DNA of 63,803 bases, the filler included, from Phoronis australis (lineage: Eukaryota > Animalia > Phoronida), in assembly GCA_002633005.1 (NCBI GenBank). It is 9 parts of 9 records of this genome, joined end to end, with 100 filler letters (N's around TTAATTAATTAA, not from the genome) between each part and the next. Parts side by side here need not be neighbours in the genome. Positions count along the whole stretch, not along the records: positions 37,540 to 40,136 come from NMRA01003571.1; positions 40,237 to 48,062 come from NMRA01000558.1; positions 48,163 to 51,472 come from NMRA01003095.1; 6 more parts are not named here. One strand, 5' to 3'. Below are positions 38,030-50,187 of the stretch, piece by piece (position 1 is the first letter of the stretch; every line of letters begins with the position of its first letter). The position numbers were made by a program, and so were the translations under genes. The notes beneath the pieces were generated by a model that worked only from the letters and a program-made list of their open reading frames with translations, searched no databases and was not told where the DNA came from.

Positions 38030-38855
38030 AGAGCCAACGTAGACGTAGAGCTACGCCTCAAATGCAAGTGAGCTCAGCTGATAGCTCACATGTGCAAATG
38101 AATCGTGGGCTTGGATTTTGTCTTTTGAGGCGGGGATGCGAATGTTTCATTAGTTGGATTTCTTTCACGTGGCGAATGTAAATCCTCGCGGCATGCGGTA
38201 GAGCTGAGCCAAGTGCTCAGCCGATAGCCCTCGGTTGCCAATGAAAATTACTTATTGCATCACCGGACAACAAATCTTTGTCGCTCGCTCACTGTAAACG
38301 TGTACTATATTTACGCAGTTAACTACGAACATAGATTACTGTTCAGTGACCATTTAACTCGCGTGTGCGGGTAACAGTGACGTGAGGTACATTTTTCTTG
38401 AGGCACTTAGCTCCGTTTGTAGGTTTCCGAATAGCTGCGAGCTGAGCTGTCGTCTTCAAGTGAGCTACTAAGCTCATAGCTCGAGTTAGCCGCACATAGC
38501 TAGCAAAATGCCCAGTGACCTGTTACTTACGTTCGTACTAATCAGTGTAAGTGTAGTGCACACGGACAGTGTTGTCCGATGATGCAGTAATTAATGCTCA
38601 CACACAACCGAAGGTAATCGGCTTAGCACCTATAGCTCACCTCGCCCGCATGCTGTGAGGATTTACACTTGCCAGATCAAAGAAATCTAACAAGTGAAGC
38701 ATTCGCCTCACTCTCTTGCAAAGCAAATTCCTCGTTGTTTGCCGCAGACATGAGCTATGAACTATGAGCTGAACTCATTTACAGTCTAGGTGCTGTTGTA
38801 ATAAAGGAAGTCGGTTGGCTACTACAGTGCGTAGCTCTCCGTCTGGGCTGGCCCC
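38030..38855. mobile_element. Diverged foldback element
   Basis: Mirror pairs: AGACGTAGAGCTACGC / GCGTAGCTCTCCGTCT, TGTAAATCCTCGCGGCATGCGG / CCGCATGCTGTGAGGATTTACA and TGCATCACCGGACAACA / TGTTGTCCGATGATGCA. Confidence 0.75.
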
Positions 38856-39161
38856 AAGAATCACACAATCACCTCAATGCCACAGGTGCAGCTGCATTCT
38901 TGTTTAAAGACCTTACCTCAAGGGGTTATTCTAGCTGAAACACGATATGTTATATACTATAATGTTGTTCACATTTTGTTATCAAATTGCAAGCCTTCAT
39001 GAACCAAATTTTGTACCTCGACCCGGAAATCAGAACATCATCCGCTGTTCTCGTCTATTTCCGTGACCCGAGTTCCCCTGTACAGTGTGTTAGGAACGAT
39101 TCCTGAATGACGACCATGTTTCCTTGAAAACTCATTGATACCCGCACCTGAACATAAAAAT

Positions 39162-39319
39162 GAGGGGCGGATCCAGGATTTTGAGTTAAGGGGGGCCAGG
39201 GCAGAGTATTAGCCAGGATTTTGCCCGTCAGACATTCGCACCTCCGTACTGCCAAATGAAATCTGGGAGAGTTTTAGGGGGGCCATGGCCCCCTTGGCCG
39301 CCCTCTAAGTCCGCTACTG
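39162..39319. mobile_element. 160-bp hAT-like MITE, same family as 27730-27889
   Basis: Colinear high similarity to 27730-27889. The TSD is not preserved. Confidence 0.75.
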
Positions 39320-41027
39320 AAGACGTTGTTATTTTGTTTGGTTGTTTTTGATTCACATTTTGGTTCTTGTTATGTTGGTTGTCTGTTGTCATATGTTTAG
39401 CCATTAGCTTGCATATGAAGCGTAGTATGTAATACAATTCTAAGTTGAATTGAATGAAAACGTCGCACTTTCCGCAGTTAGTAGGCTAAGCGTCCTTTCT
39501 CATCGCTAAGGTACAACAAATTTTAACGAAAAGATTCTCTCAGGTAATAAATAAGAAGGAAAAATTCTAGTTCTGTAAGTCTATATTCTCCCGTCACCCT
39601 ATCGTGTAACGGGAATCAAAATAGAGAGGCAACTGCTCGGCAAATTGCAGCGGCCACCGACAGCGCACTTTGGCTTCACTTGACAGCAAACCGACACCGG
39701 CCTCGTTGGCTCTTTGAAAAGCGACAAAAAACAAACAGCATTTTGATTCTTCGACATAAAAACAAAATTTTCGAACTCAAAAAGTGTGCTCCTCATTTGA
39801 ATTGCCAATAACGCCCACGTTGGGTGCTTGATTTTTACTACCTGGCCATTATGACAGGCGACGGAGTCTCCGAGTTGCCATGTGAATTACTTCGTTTCAC
39901 GAAGCTTGCTAAGTCGGGCTCGTGTAACTTGTCATTGTTGCCTGTTCCTCTGAGTACCTGACTGTTGTTATGTGTTTGTTCAATCGTTTTCGTCGTCCTT
40001 GTTTGAGTTTCAGTAGTCAGCATACCCCGCCGTTGCCACGGTCGTCTTCATCATCGTAATCCATATTATTTCCATCCTTCTTTGAGTTGTTCAATTTCCA
40101 GCTATTTTGTTGGTTAGCCTCAGGTCTAAATTATTTNNNNNNNNNNNNNNNNNNNNNNNNNNNNNNNNNNNNNNNNNNNNTTAATTAATTAANNNNNNNN
40201 NNNNNNNNNNNNNNNNNNNNNNNNNNNNNNNNNNNNGTATTTATAACAACGTGACTTTGATGGTTTAGTCGGTGCGAGGCATAATTCGCCGAAAAGCTTC
40301 CGGCGTACAGAGCACCTACAGCCTCTGCTTCGCCTCTGGTTCGGGCCAACAGAGGCGATGGTCTTTGCCTAAGCTTTGTATTGAATAGTATTGTTTGTAC
40401 CAAAGAAAGCTAGCTGTATAGATACCCACTTAGAATACCAACACAATCATTTAAAGCAGAAAATAGAGTGGAGCTTTACGCACATAGAAGAGAAACAAAA
40501 ACATTAAGCTTTCCAAATGATGGAAACTGAGAACCTATCGCCCACCATCTCTGTTCATTCAGCTTCACATTCTCCAAGTAATTCTAAACATAAAATTTTG
40601 ACAAAAAACGGAAACTCCCACACGCATGCCAATCCCAAGTACATTTTAAATGTTGCCTGGCCATCCTATACAAATATGGTAAATTTCATTTTATTTTTAT
40701 TTAATATATGATTATATCTTTTCAAATATTTTATTCACTATTCTAAAAATGTGTAATAATGATAAAATATAATTTTGAAAATGCTATTTTGGGTTCGTGA
40801 TGAGTGTCTTGAGTTCCGACCACACTGTCTTGTTTTCGTGACGAAACGTGGCGAAACACGTTTTATTTTCTCGACATTGAATACTCAGGGTCTTTTTTGA
40901 ACTTGTAAGTAAACACATAAACGTCATATTGTCTATTTCTTTTGCAAATTCTCTCAAACTGTGCACAATAGTGATCACTTTCCTGAATAGAAGACTGACA
41001 GTACTTATCAGTACACTACCACTCTAG

Positions 41028-42784
41028 TAGGGTGAGCAAACCCAAATACAAATTTCATCAGAAACACTTGAAAAGAGTGTTAAATGATAGCTTTAGACAT
41101 GCCGTTTATAAAACTTTTTGAATTTTTCAAATCGGTTCGGTGGTTCTCGAGTTATTTGAATTTTAGAGCCTCAAAAATGGCCTTTTTTTCAGCAAACGGC
41201 ACCCAGAAATTTCAGGTCACAGAAAATGGCAAGTTTAGACAACTATATTTGGGAATCCATAGCTCACAATGTTCTTAAAACAAGATGGAGAGTCCTTTGC
41301 AAGTAGGTTAACAACATGACATAGACACCAAACCACAAATTATTATATTTTGCACGAACAAGAACAACAAAAATTGAAAAATTCACCATCGACTTAGTTT
41401 TTTTTCGGCTTGTGACCGGACATTTTTGCCCCTGAAGCCAAGTTGAACAAGTGATGTTTTAAAAAGACAGCTACTTATTACCTTGAAAATGACAAAACCC
41501 TTCAAGAATTACTATGGTTTAGTGAACATGTTTCTTTTGCTCCAAAAGATTTTGAAATAATTCTAAAAAATGAAATTTGCATAACAAATGAATTCAAAAT
41601 GAACAAAAACCAGAAAACTAGTCTTTTTCAGAGTATTTCGTTATTTATTTAAAAACCTGTGAGGTTATGTAAATTAATCTTTTTTCCCAAGTAAGATCAA
41701 TGTTTTCACAATCTTAAATTGCACACAAAATGACAAAAAGATGATAATATGCATTTTTAATTAAACAAAATTAAATTGGACCCTAAAATTTCAACAAATT
41801 TTAAATCCATTTCATTCCTATCAAATAATATAGAAACTGAGAGGTGTTGTGTTGGTGACTATCCAAAAAGAGCATATTTGTATTCTAAAATGTTTTGATG
41901 CACTGCAGCGTTGACTGAACATTTATTTTGGTGAAATATGTAATTTTCTAAAAATGAAACTGATCACAGCGCCCCCACGAGGTAGTAAAAGTGTAACAAA
42001 AAATATTTTTGAAGAAAATAGGAAAAAATGACTCTATCCCCAAAATTGAAGTAAATTAAATTTTAAAACTATTCTATATTATTTTAATGAAAATATTTTA
42101 CCAGGTTTGGGCCACTTTTTGTAATTTAGAGAAGTTTTGACTGGTTCTGTTGAATACATTTGACCAATCAGGTTCGAGTTTAGGTTGAACCCTGGAAAGG
42201 TCAACATGGTTCTTGAAAAATGACTGAAGTTACCTTTTTAGAAGTGTTCCTAAATGGAAATGGTGAGATGAAGTGAAAAAATTTGATCAGGAATGGATTA
42301 GGACATGATAAGTGATTATGACATTGAGTGTACACTTTCAGGATTTTTCCAGGTGAGAGAGTGGCGAGGCAGTAAATTAAAAAAAGTACATTTTCTCATA
42401 TTTTTGTCAAAAAAATAAAAAGTGTACACTCAGGGTTGAAAGCAGAATTTTGTAGCAAACAGTTTGATATAAATATCATTAAAATCGGTTCAGTAACGGC
42501 CATTTAACAGCTGAAAGTTTGACCCCTACTGAAAGTCACAAGAATTTACCGGTGAGTGAAAAATTTGTGAAGTGCTCGCTTTACTTCAATTTTTAAAAAT
42601 ACTCATTAATGTCCAATTTATTTGTAATGGATATCATTAGAAAGAAGAAAAATTAAATATTTTATTGGCATACTTTTCATTTTCCACCACTTAGTATGCT
42701 AATAGATATGAGCTTGTGAAAATGATGAAAAATGGCAAAATTTCGCTCTTGCTGAATTTCCGCCATATTGGTTTGCTCACCCTA
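41028..42784. mobile_element. 1.76-kb non-autonomous hAT-like element with 7-bp TSD
   Basis: Perfect 15-bp TIR TAGGGTGAGCAAACC / GGTTTGCTCACCCTA, with ACTCTAG at 41021-41027 and 42785-42791. The interior is AT-rich and non-coding. Confidence 0.85.
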
Positions 42785-43196
42785 ACTCTAGTACCACTGA
42801 CTACCAGTCTGCCAAAACAGTAAAACTGACTACCACAGAAACACTCACTAACTAGACACGTAACCTGTCTGTCAATACGTATTAATTTTAGGCTAACACT
42901 AGTGCCACTCGCATCACAACAGAAGCAGGTTCTCAAATCGGGAGAATGTAGTATGGATGTTTATTTATAGTAGACCTACTGCCAGATTTTCATTCTTACT
43001 AGTAATTTATATGCACTCTTCACTCTTCAGTCAATGCTGCCAATCTCAACTGATTTAATACTTTTCCCCGTCATAGGACACTTGGAAGAACTTCTAGGTT
43101 CAATGGAATTGTTACTCATGTTCAGGAAAACTTAGAATGTGCTTGCGCTGCAGCAGTCACAGACTGGTACTGAATCTGAAGGCACCTTTTTATCCC

Positions 43197-43663
43197 TAGG
43201 CAACACGTAGCTCCTCAGCTGGCTATTACAGCAGGGACTACAGAACTCCCCATGTATTTCTGTACTCATTTCATTCTGTGTATTTTAAACAGCTGGTAGC
43301 CAAAATATGGTCACCGAATAAATGGTTTTAACCTGGTCAAAATACATTTTACAGTTAACATTATCACTTCAAAAACGCTTACTTTCTGCAGCAATTCTTT
43401 CTGGTTCTATGCATATCTTCCGTGAAGCATGTTCACAGGAGTTAAGATAACTTTGGCAAAGAATTCCGACTCCACGTTTTGGCCGCTGTTAACTTTTTCA
43501 CCTCGCGCGATAATCTCAAATTATTTCTACTGATGTCTTGAGTTCAGACAAGGACACGCGAGAGACTGAGCAAAGTGTCTAACCTGGTGCATGGCACTTG
43601 CAAAAAATAGCATGGGAACATTGTACAATTTGTGTCCCTTGGACTTTTTGTTCGTCAACAGGC
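43197..43663 (+). mobile_element. Truncated, more diverged third copy of the 9-bp-TSD family
   Basis: Starts TAGGCAACACGTAG and shares blocks such as ACTTTGGCAAAGAATTCC and TGTCCCTTGGACTTTTTGTTCGTCAACA. Confidence 0.75.
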
Positions 43664-43786
43664 ATGTCCCATTAAATGCAGGCCCTGAGCACATTGGTGC
43701 TACCTGGTGAGTTTCAAATTACTCCTTGCCTTATCTTTCCCTTGTAGTTGCAGGCAAGACGGTGGTAAAGGTTGAGTTGGGTCAAG

Positions 43787-44816
43787 ATGGACGACCAAGC
43801 CCTGCAGGCCTTGTGTGACGCCAGTGGACAGCATCAGGTATTATATTGGAAATGTGGTAGGATAACTTCAGAAGTTGGCTACGAGAAATCACATCAATTT
43901 AGGAAGCAATATAGCAGACAATTGAGATTTTAGTTGATCATTACTTTATTTGATATTGGTATCTCGGAATTAATACCGTGCTGGGTACTGTTGTTTAATT
44001 TCCTGCATTGGACATAATGTCTAAGTTTTGAGCCATCCCAACGATCGTAGATTGGTCGTTAAAAAAATGTAAAAGAGTTATTTTAACACCGGTGTGTAAA
44101 AAAGGATTGAACTTGAGGGACTGCACTGTTATTTTGATGCTCCATTCATTTACAGGCACTGCAGTACTTTGATCAACTCAAGTCCACGCCCAATGGGTGG
44201 CAGCTGTGTGCTCAGGCTCTGTCATCAGGAGCCTATGCCAGGTGAATGACTAGTGAAGACGTAAAGTATACCAGAATGACTACAAGTATTCCGTAGCCAT
44301 TAATAGTCGCGTGAAATCTATAACGGATTTCCAACAGAATGACACTGCCAGAACTGGGTTGTCATTTTGTAATTAACTCCAGGATATTGCTTACCTTTGC
44401 ACCAAGGGTCAAACTTCTTTGTACATTCAAATTTGAACATGACCGTTTGGCGCAACAGTGGCCTAAAGCATCAGTACCACTCCTGTAAGGTCATTTTGAT
44501 TACACCAGTCAGATGAGATGCTTATTTTTCATTTCCTGCGCATTACTTTCACTGCTTAGTTATAGAAAAAAATTAGAGTGTATCTGTATTCCAATTTTAA
44601 TTTTTAGGATTTGTCTTACAAGTTTGCGCAAATATTTGGTCAATTCTCAATAAGTCTGCGAGATGGCATTAATTTAGTTTGTGTTCCAGCAATGACCACG
44701 TCAAGTTCTTCTGTCTACAAGTGATTGAGCACTTTGTGAAGTCCAGCTACGCCACAGCCGATAATCAGACTCAGCAGAATGTGAAAACACTACTGATGTC
44801 ACTTCTACATATGCAG
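43787..44816 (+). CDS. XPOT: Exportin-T (tRNA exportin), first three coding exons
   Basis: Exons 43787-43837 (MDDQALQAL..), 44156-44241 (ALQYFDQLKSTPNGWQLCAQAL) and 44690-44816 (NDHVKFFCLQVIEHFVK..). These match the human XPOT N-terminus MDEQAL..ALAYFEQLK..WQVCAEAL..DDHVKFFCFQVLEH. An acceptor at 43747 implies an upstream non-coding exon. Confidence 0.93.
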
Positions 44817-45599
44817 GTGCGCCCTCTATAGGAATGCTTGTTCACTCACACATGAATCTGTATGCTGATTTTCATTATGACATAATTTAAAAGAAACGGG
44901 TTGTCAATAGATTTTCCGTTATCTGAAACCAAGGGACTTGTGTAGCATGGTGCATCTTAAGTCACTGCTTGTGGCACATTATAAATCTGATGAAAATGCA
45001 CTGAAGCCCCTGGAAATATTTAGATTTCTGGGAAAAAATGGCTTTTTGAATTAGACCACCTACTGATAAAATTAGTGTTTACGTGAGACTTAATTTGGCT
45101 AGGTGGGATTTCTAAGCTTGGGGAATACATTTAGTGTTTTTGCTGAAGATTGACTTGGTGAGTTGGTTTTCTTGGATTACCATTTTATATGCCAACAGGA
45201 TGTTTCCTTCAGCTGCATGGACAGTAGACTAGTTTAGTGCATGTGTACTGGACAGGGTAACCAGCTGGGGCAGAATAGGTTTAAAGGAAGTTCCATAAGG
45301 AATGTCCTGAAAGTAATATTCATTTCTTTTTTAATCATGAATGCTTTTTGATAAACAAAAACACCTGCATAGTAAAGTGGTTGGTCTTTATAATTATGAA
45401 ATTATGAAATTGGAGACCAAGTGTAGTTATAATAACAGACCACTTGAGGGTATTCACACTTGGCAGCCAAGTAAAGACTAAATTGCCATCGTGCCCCATA
45501 ACCTCAGATAAGGTCCATAGCCCTGTGCGAAGAAAAGCAGGGTGAGGTCTCGTGAACCTGAGATGAATTCTAGGTGGAGCGACAGGTCAACACCATGTT

Positions 45600-48062
45600 A
45601 AAGAAAGTGGAAAAAAAATCCACATGGCTTCTTATTTCGCAAACGGTTTGTTGTGTGTTGATTGTTACTGTAATGGAGATGCTGATTATACATTGTTATC
45701 AAGTTACAAATATTGCCACTGCATTTGACTTACACATGATCTTTTTTCTTTCATTATTTTCTCTCATGGTTGTTGGTGTCGGTACAGTAATTTCATTTAC
45801 TCAGGTTTTTGTTAAGGAAATTAGCACGGCTCAGTATAAACTGTATTGTGAGTGTGTGTGTGTGAATGTATACCCGGTCCCACCTGCCTACCCGTTAAGC
45901 TTTTGTAATACTTTATGTGATCTCAAAATTTCTATTGTAAAAGTAGTTTCTATTTTTCTACTATGATTGGAATTAATATTTTTTCAGTTAATTGCCAGGG
46001 TTTAGGAACCCCAGAAAAAAGAAGAGATGTCTTTAATTACATAAAAAGTAAAGCATTTAACATATATTGTCTACAAGACACTCACTTTGCTTGTGATTTG
46101 GAGCCGTACATTGAATCTCAGTGGGGTTATACTTGTTATTTCAGCTCTTACAAGACTAATTCAAGAGGAGTAGCTATTCTATTTAATAATAACTTTGAGT
46201 TCACTGTTCAAAATGTGAGAAAGGATCCTACGGGAAATTATGTTATTATAGAACTAATTATGGATGGAGAGAGGATCATCCTTGTAAATTTGTACGGTCC
46301 AAATACTGATAATCCGAATTTTTATAGTAATATATTTTCAATAATTGAAGAAATGAATGCCGATAAGTTTATTTTATGTGGAGATTTTAATTTAGTTCTG
46401 AGTCAAGAACTGGATACTTGCAATTATAGATCTTGCAATAATCCAAACGCTACAAAATTTCTTAAGGGAATAATTAATACGTTTGATGTCTGTGATCCCT
46501 TTCGAGAATTTTTTCCGTCAAAGAGAAGATTCACTTGGCGAAGAAAAAATCCAATTAAGCAGGCTAGGCTTGACTTTTTTTTGGTTTCCAAAACTTTGAT
46601 GCATTCTGTCGAAAAAATTTCTATAGCTCCAAGTTATAGATCAGATCATTCTGGGGTCTTGTTAAGCCTAAAATTTAGAGAAATTATTAGAGGTAAAGGA
46701 CTCTGGAAATTTAACAATTCACTTTTGAATGACAGGGAATATGTTGACATCGTTCAAGATACAATAACTGATGTTAAAAAGCAATATGCCGTCCCGGTAT
46801 ACCATTTAGACAAACTTCAAAATATTTCGAACAGTGTGATTCAGTTTGTTATAAATGATCAACTATTTTTGGATGTACTGTTAATGGAAATAAGAAAAAA
46901 TACTATTTTTTACTCGATTCAAAAAAAGAAAAAATTAGATAGTCAAGAGCATAAGTTAGAGAAGGAAATAGAGAATTTAGAACAATGTGTTGATGATAGA
47001 ACTTTTGAAGATTTGGAAAGGAAAAAGAGTGCTCTTCTAGAGATAAGGTCAGAGAAATTGAAAGGGTATTACGTCAGATCCAGGGCAAAATGGATAGAGG
47101 AGGGGGAACGCCCAACAAAATATTTTTGTAGCTTAGAATCGAGACATTTTTATAACAAACTTATGTATGAAATAGAATTGGAAAATGGAGAAATAATTAC
47201 AAATCAAGAAAAGATACTAGACGTGGCCGCGAAATTTTACGAAAAACTTTATTCTGACAACAGTTCTATTGAAAAAAGTAAAATAGAGAATCTTATTGTT
47301 TCAAATAAGCTTCCAGATAATTTAGCTATGGAGCTTGAGGGACACATAACATATGATGAACTCTGGACTGTATTGAAAAATTCAAAAAATGAAAAAAGCC
47401 CCGGGTCAGATGGTTTCAGAAATGAATTCTTCAAGTTTTTCTGGAAAGATTTAGACTATTTTGTTTTAAGACACATAAATGAAAGCTATGAAAAAAGTGA
47501 ATTGTCAAACGCACAAAAAACTGGGGTCCTAACTTTAATTCCAAAGCCAGATAAGGCTAAAAAATTCATAAAAAACTGGAGACCAATAACTTTGCTCAAC
47601 AGTGTTTACAAGTTGGCATCCGGATGCATTGCTAGACGAATAAAAAAGGTACTTGTATATATAATTTCCCCGGATCAGACGGGATTTATAAAAGGGAGAT
47701 GTATGGGTGAAAACATAAGATTGACCTATGATATTATGAGTTTCTGTGAAAAAACTGGTATACCAGGGCTGTTATTACAAATAGATTTTGAAAAAGCTTT
47801 TGATAGCTTGTCATGGAACTTCATAAATAATGTTTTGGATATTTATGATTTCAAGGCCTCAATTAAGCGTTGGATTAAAACCTTTTATAATTGTCCCGTG
47901 TCATACATTGTTCAAAACGGTTTCCTGTCCACAAGTTTTACTCTGCACAGGTGCTGTAGACAAGGTGATCCTCTTTCTCCCTATGCTTTTATTTTATGTG
48001 CTGAAATATTAGCTATGATGACGAAACAAGATAGGGAAATTAAAGGCATTCAAATAGGAAAT
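45600..48062 (+). mobile_element. Tx1/L1-like LINE inserted in an XPOT intron (sense orientation), apparently lacking a canonical ORF1
   Basis: ORF2 as above, preceded by ~350 bp of T-rich spacer-like sequence. The 5' boundary is approximate. Confidence 0.85.
45963..48062 (+). CDS. Non-LTR retrotransposon ORF2 (L1/Tx1 clade): APE endonuclease plus reverse transcriptase; cut off by contig end
   Basis: 700 uninterrupted codons. Endonuclease motifs SVNCQGL, CLQDTH, NLYGPN, CGDFN, RLDFFL and SDH. RT motifs KSPGSDG, NWRPITLLN, DFEKAFDS and RQGDPLSP. The L1/Tx1-typical GKGLWKFNNSLL and RAKWIEEGERPTKYF are present. The sequence ends before YADD. Confidence 0.96.
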
Positions 48063-49025
48063 NNNNNNNNNNNNNNNNNNNNNNNNNNNNNNNNNNNNNN
48101 NNNNNNTTAATTAATTAANNNNNNNNNNNNNNNNNNNNNNNNNNNNNNNNNNNNNNNNNNNNTCTCATTGACGGTCTGACGCTCCCAATATTTAAAAAAA
48201 CTATTTCCAAACGACATTCAACCCACCGATTACTTTTGTAATTTATATGACTGCAAGCTGTGACCCCGCTCACTACCACATCATTGCCAACACTAGCAGT
48301 TAACACAGTTGTTTCAATGTTTGTCAAGTTTAGTGGAACGTCAGTGATACTAGATTAGATCAGATCGTGATGTTGGAAATTTCTTGATTTTAACAGGCCA
48401 GGGCCAGGGGAATGGTAGTCCTACTGTACATGTACAACAGTACGTAATCTAGGCAGTGACCACTGTCTCAACTGGCACCGCCAGTACCGATTGCAGTAGA
48501 CCGCCAGTAGGACTCTAGGTGTCAGTAGGACGGTGGTCCTGTCTATTGTCGTATTGACTAATCCAACAACAAAAGAATGCAACAATACGGCTAAACTATA
48601 AAGGCAGCATCACAATAACTGAAAAACGAGAATACTTCGTACCACACGCGTCTTTGCTACCCTTACTCATCGTTGGTAATGTCCAAGGCAACAAAAAGTC
48701 GTAACAAATCAGCAAATGTAAAAATCAAATCTCGTCTGCTTCCCGCCGTAAGATGAGGAAGTTTCCTCTGTTAAAGATAGAAAAGCGTGACTTACAGATG
48801 GCGCTGTGGTGACTAGTGAACAAAAAGGTTTGTTTCAGCGTTATGTTCAAACAGACGTATTTAAGCCTTTTCAATTTCTCACCAGATTATCCATGATATC
48901 ATACTGTTTATGGTCTACTATACGTATCATCCATCTTATGGTATTCGTTCAGAAGGCTCAGTTGGGTAGCCAAATGTAATTATTTACAGACGGGTGACGT
49001 GTCTAGCCACAGCCATACTGTGCAA

Positions 49026-49105
49026 GCACCTTTATCAGCCCTCAACAACTGTACACTAAATAAATCTCTTCATTTAGTGTATAGTTGAGGGCTGATTAAA
49101 AGTGC
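49026..49105. repeat. 80-bp near-perfect hairpin
   Basis: ATCAGCCCTCAAC..TGTACACTAAAT pairs with ATTTAGTGTATA.GTTGAGGGCTGAT. Confidence 0.8.
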
Positions 49106-49452
49106 CTGTGGCATGAACTTGGAATCCAGCTTTCTCTCAAGATCACCTATACGTGGACTTGGAACTGAATATTCATTTGGGCAGTCAGGCGAATTTTTTG
49201 TTCAGTTAAGAACTAAGAATTTTTGTAATTAGTGGCCTCTTGAGCACCCATTTTCTTCTGTAGCGAACTTGTGCCAAAGAATTGAAGAAACATGTGAATT
49301 TTTAAGTCAATTATTGTTTGGTGAATAAGATCACCAATAGCTGAAAAGCATTGCTTAAAATTACATAATTTTATTAACATTTAATTTGATTTGAATCTCT
49401 GGAATCTCATTAGAATCCAGTGAGATTCTCACTTTTTTCACAAGGGAGCTAG

Positions 49453-50187
49453 TAGGCAACACGTAGGCTCTCGATTGCCTGTTAGGGGGTACAATACTTC
49501 CCATTGCTTTCTGTACGAATTTCATCCCGTGTATTTTAAATGCCGGGCGGTAGGCCAATTCTGGTCACCGATTAAGAGTTTTCACCTCGTCAAAAATACA
49601 TTCCGCACTTAAAATTATCACTTAAAAAAGCACTCACTTTCTCCAGTGGTCTTTTCTACTTCTACATATATCTTCAATGAAGCTTAGTTACGAGAATTAA
49701 TGTGACTTTGGCGAAGAATTCCAACTCCATTTTTTGGTCACCGTTAAGTGTTGCACATCGCGCGATAACCACAAATTATTTCAACTGAGTCACGTGAGTA
49801 AGACAAAAGGCTAGCGCGAGACTGAGCAAAGCGCGTGGCACTGGCGTGTGACACTTGCAAAATAGTATGGGGAGATATGAGGTGAAATTTGTAAGATTTT
49901 TGTCCCTTGGACTTCTTATTCGTCAACATGCATGATTTCATGCAACTTCCTCAAAATGCCACCTGGTAAGAGAAACTCGAGCAAACCCCGACAGATTTTC
50001 ATCGATTTGTTCAAATTATCTTGACTGAATCGTCTCCAGACTTATTGTTTGTGTTAATTGTAACTCCATGTGCATATATGGATGTTTCATTTGATCTTAT
50101 TTCCTGTATTTTGAAATTCGTAACTTTTTGTGGGGATATACTGTCATCCCTGTATGCTTGCAGCATCCAGGGCGACGTAATTGCCTT
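49453..50187 (+). mobile_element. Non-autonomous DNA transposon with 9-bp TSD (MULE-like), copy 2
   Basis: Ends TAGGCAA...TTGCCTT, with a perfect GGGAGCTAG duplication at 49444-49452 and 50188-50196. Confidence 0.85.

Noticed and set aside
39838-40080. Possible first exon on the minus strand
   Set aside because: The peptide is low-complexity, there is no downstream exon or family match, and the contig ends nearby.
45495-45550. Twister-like GTCCATAGCC loop
   Set aside because: The required pseudoknot partners and the L1 GAG context are absent.
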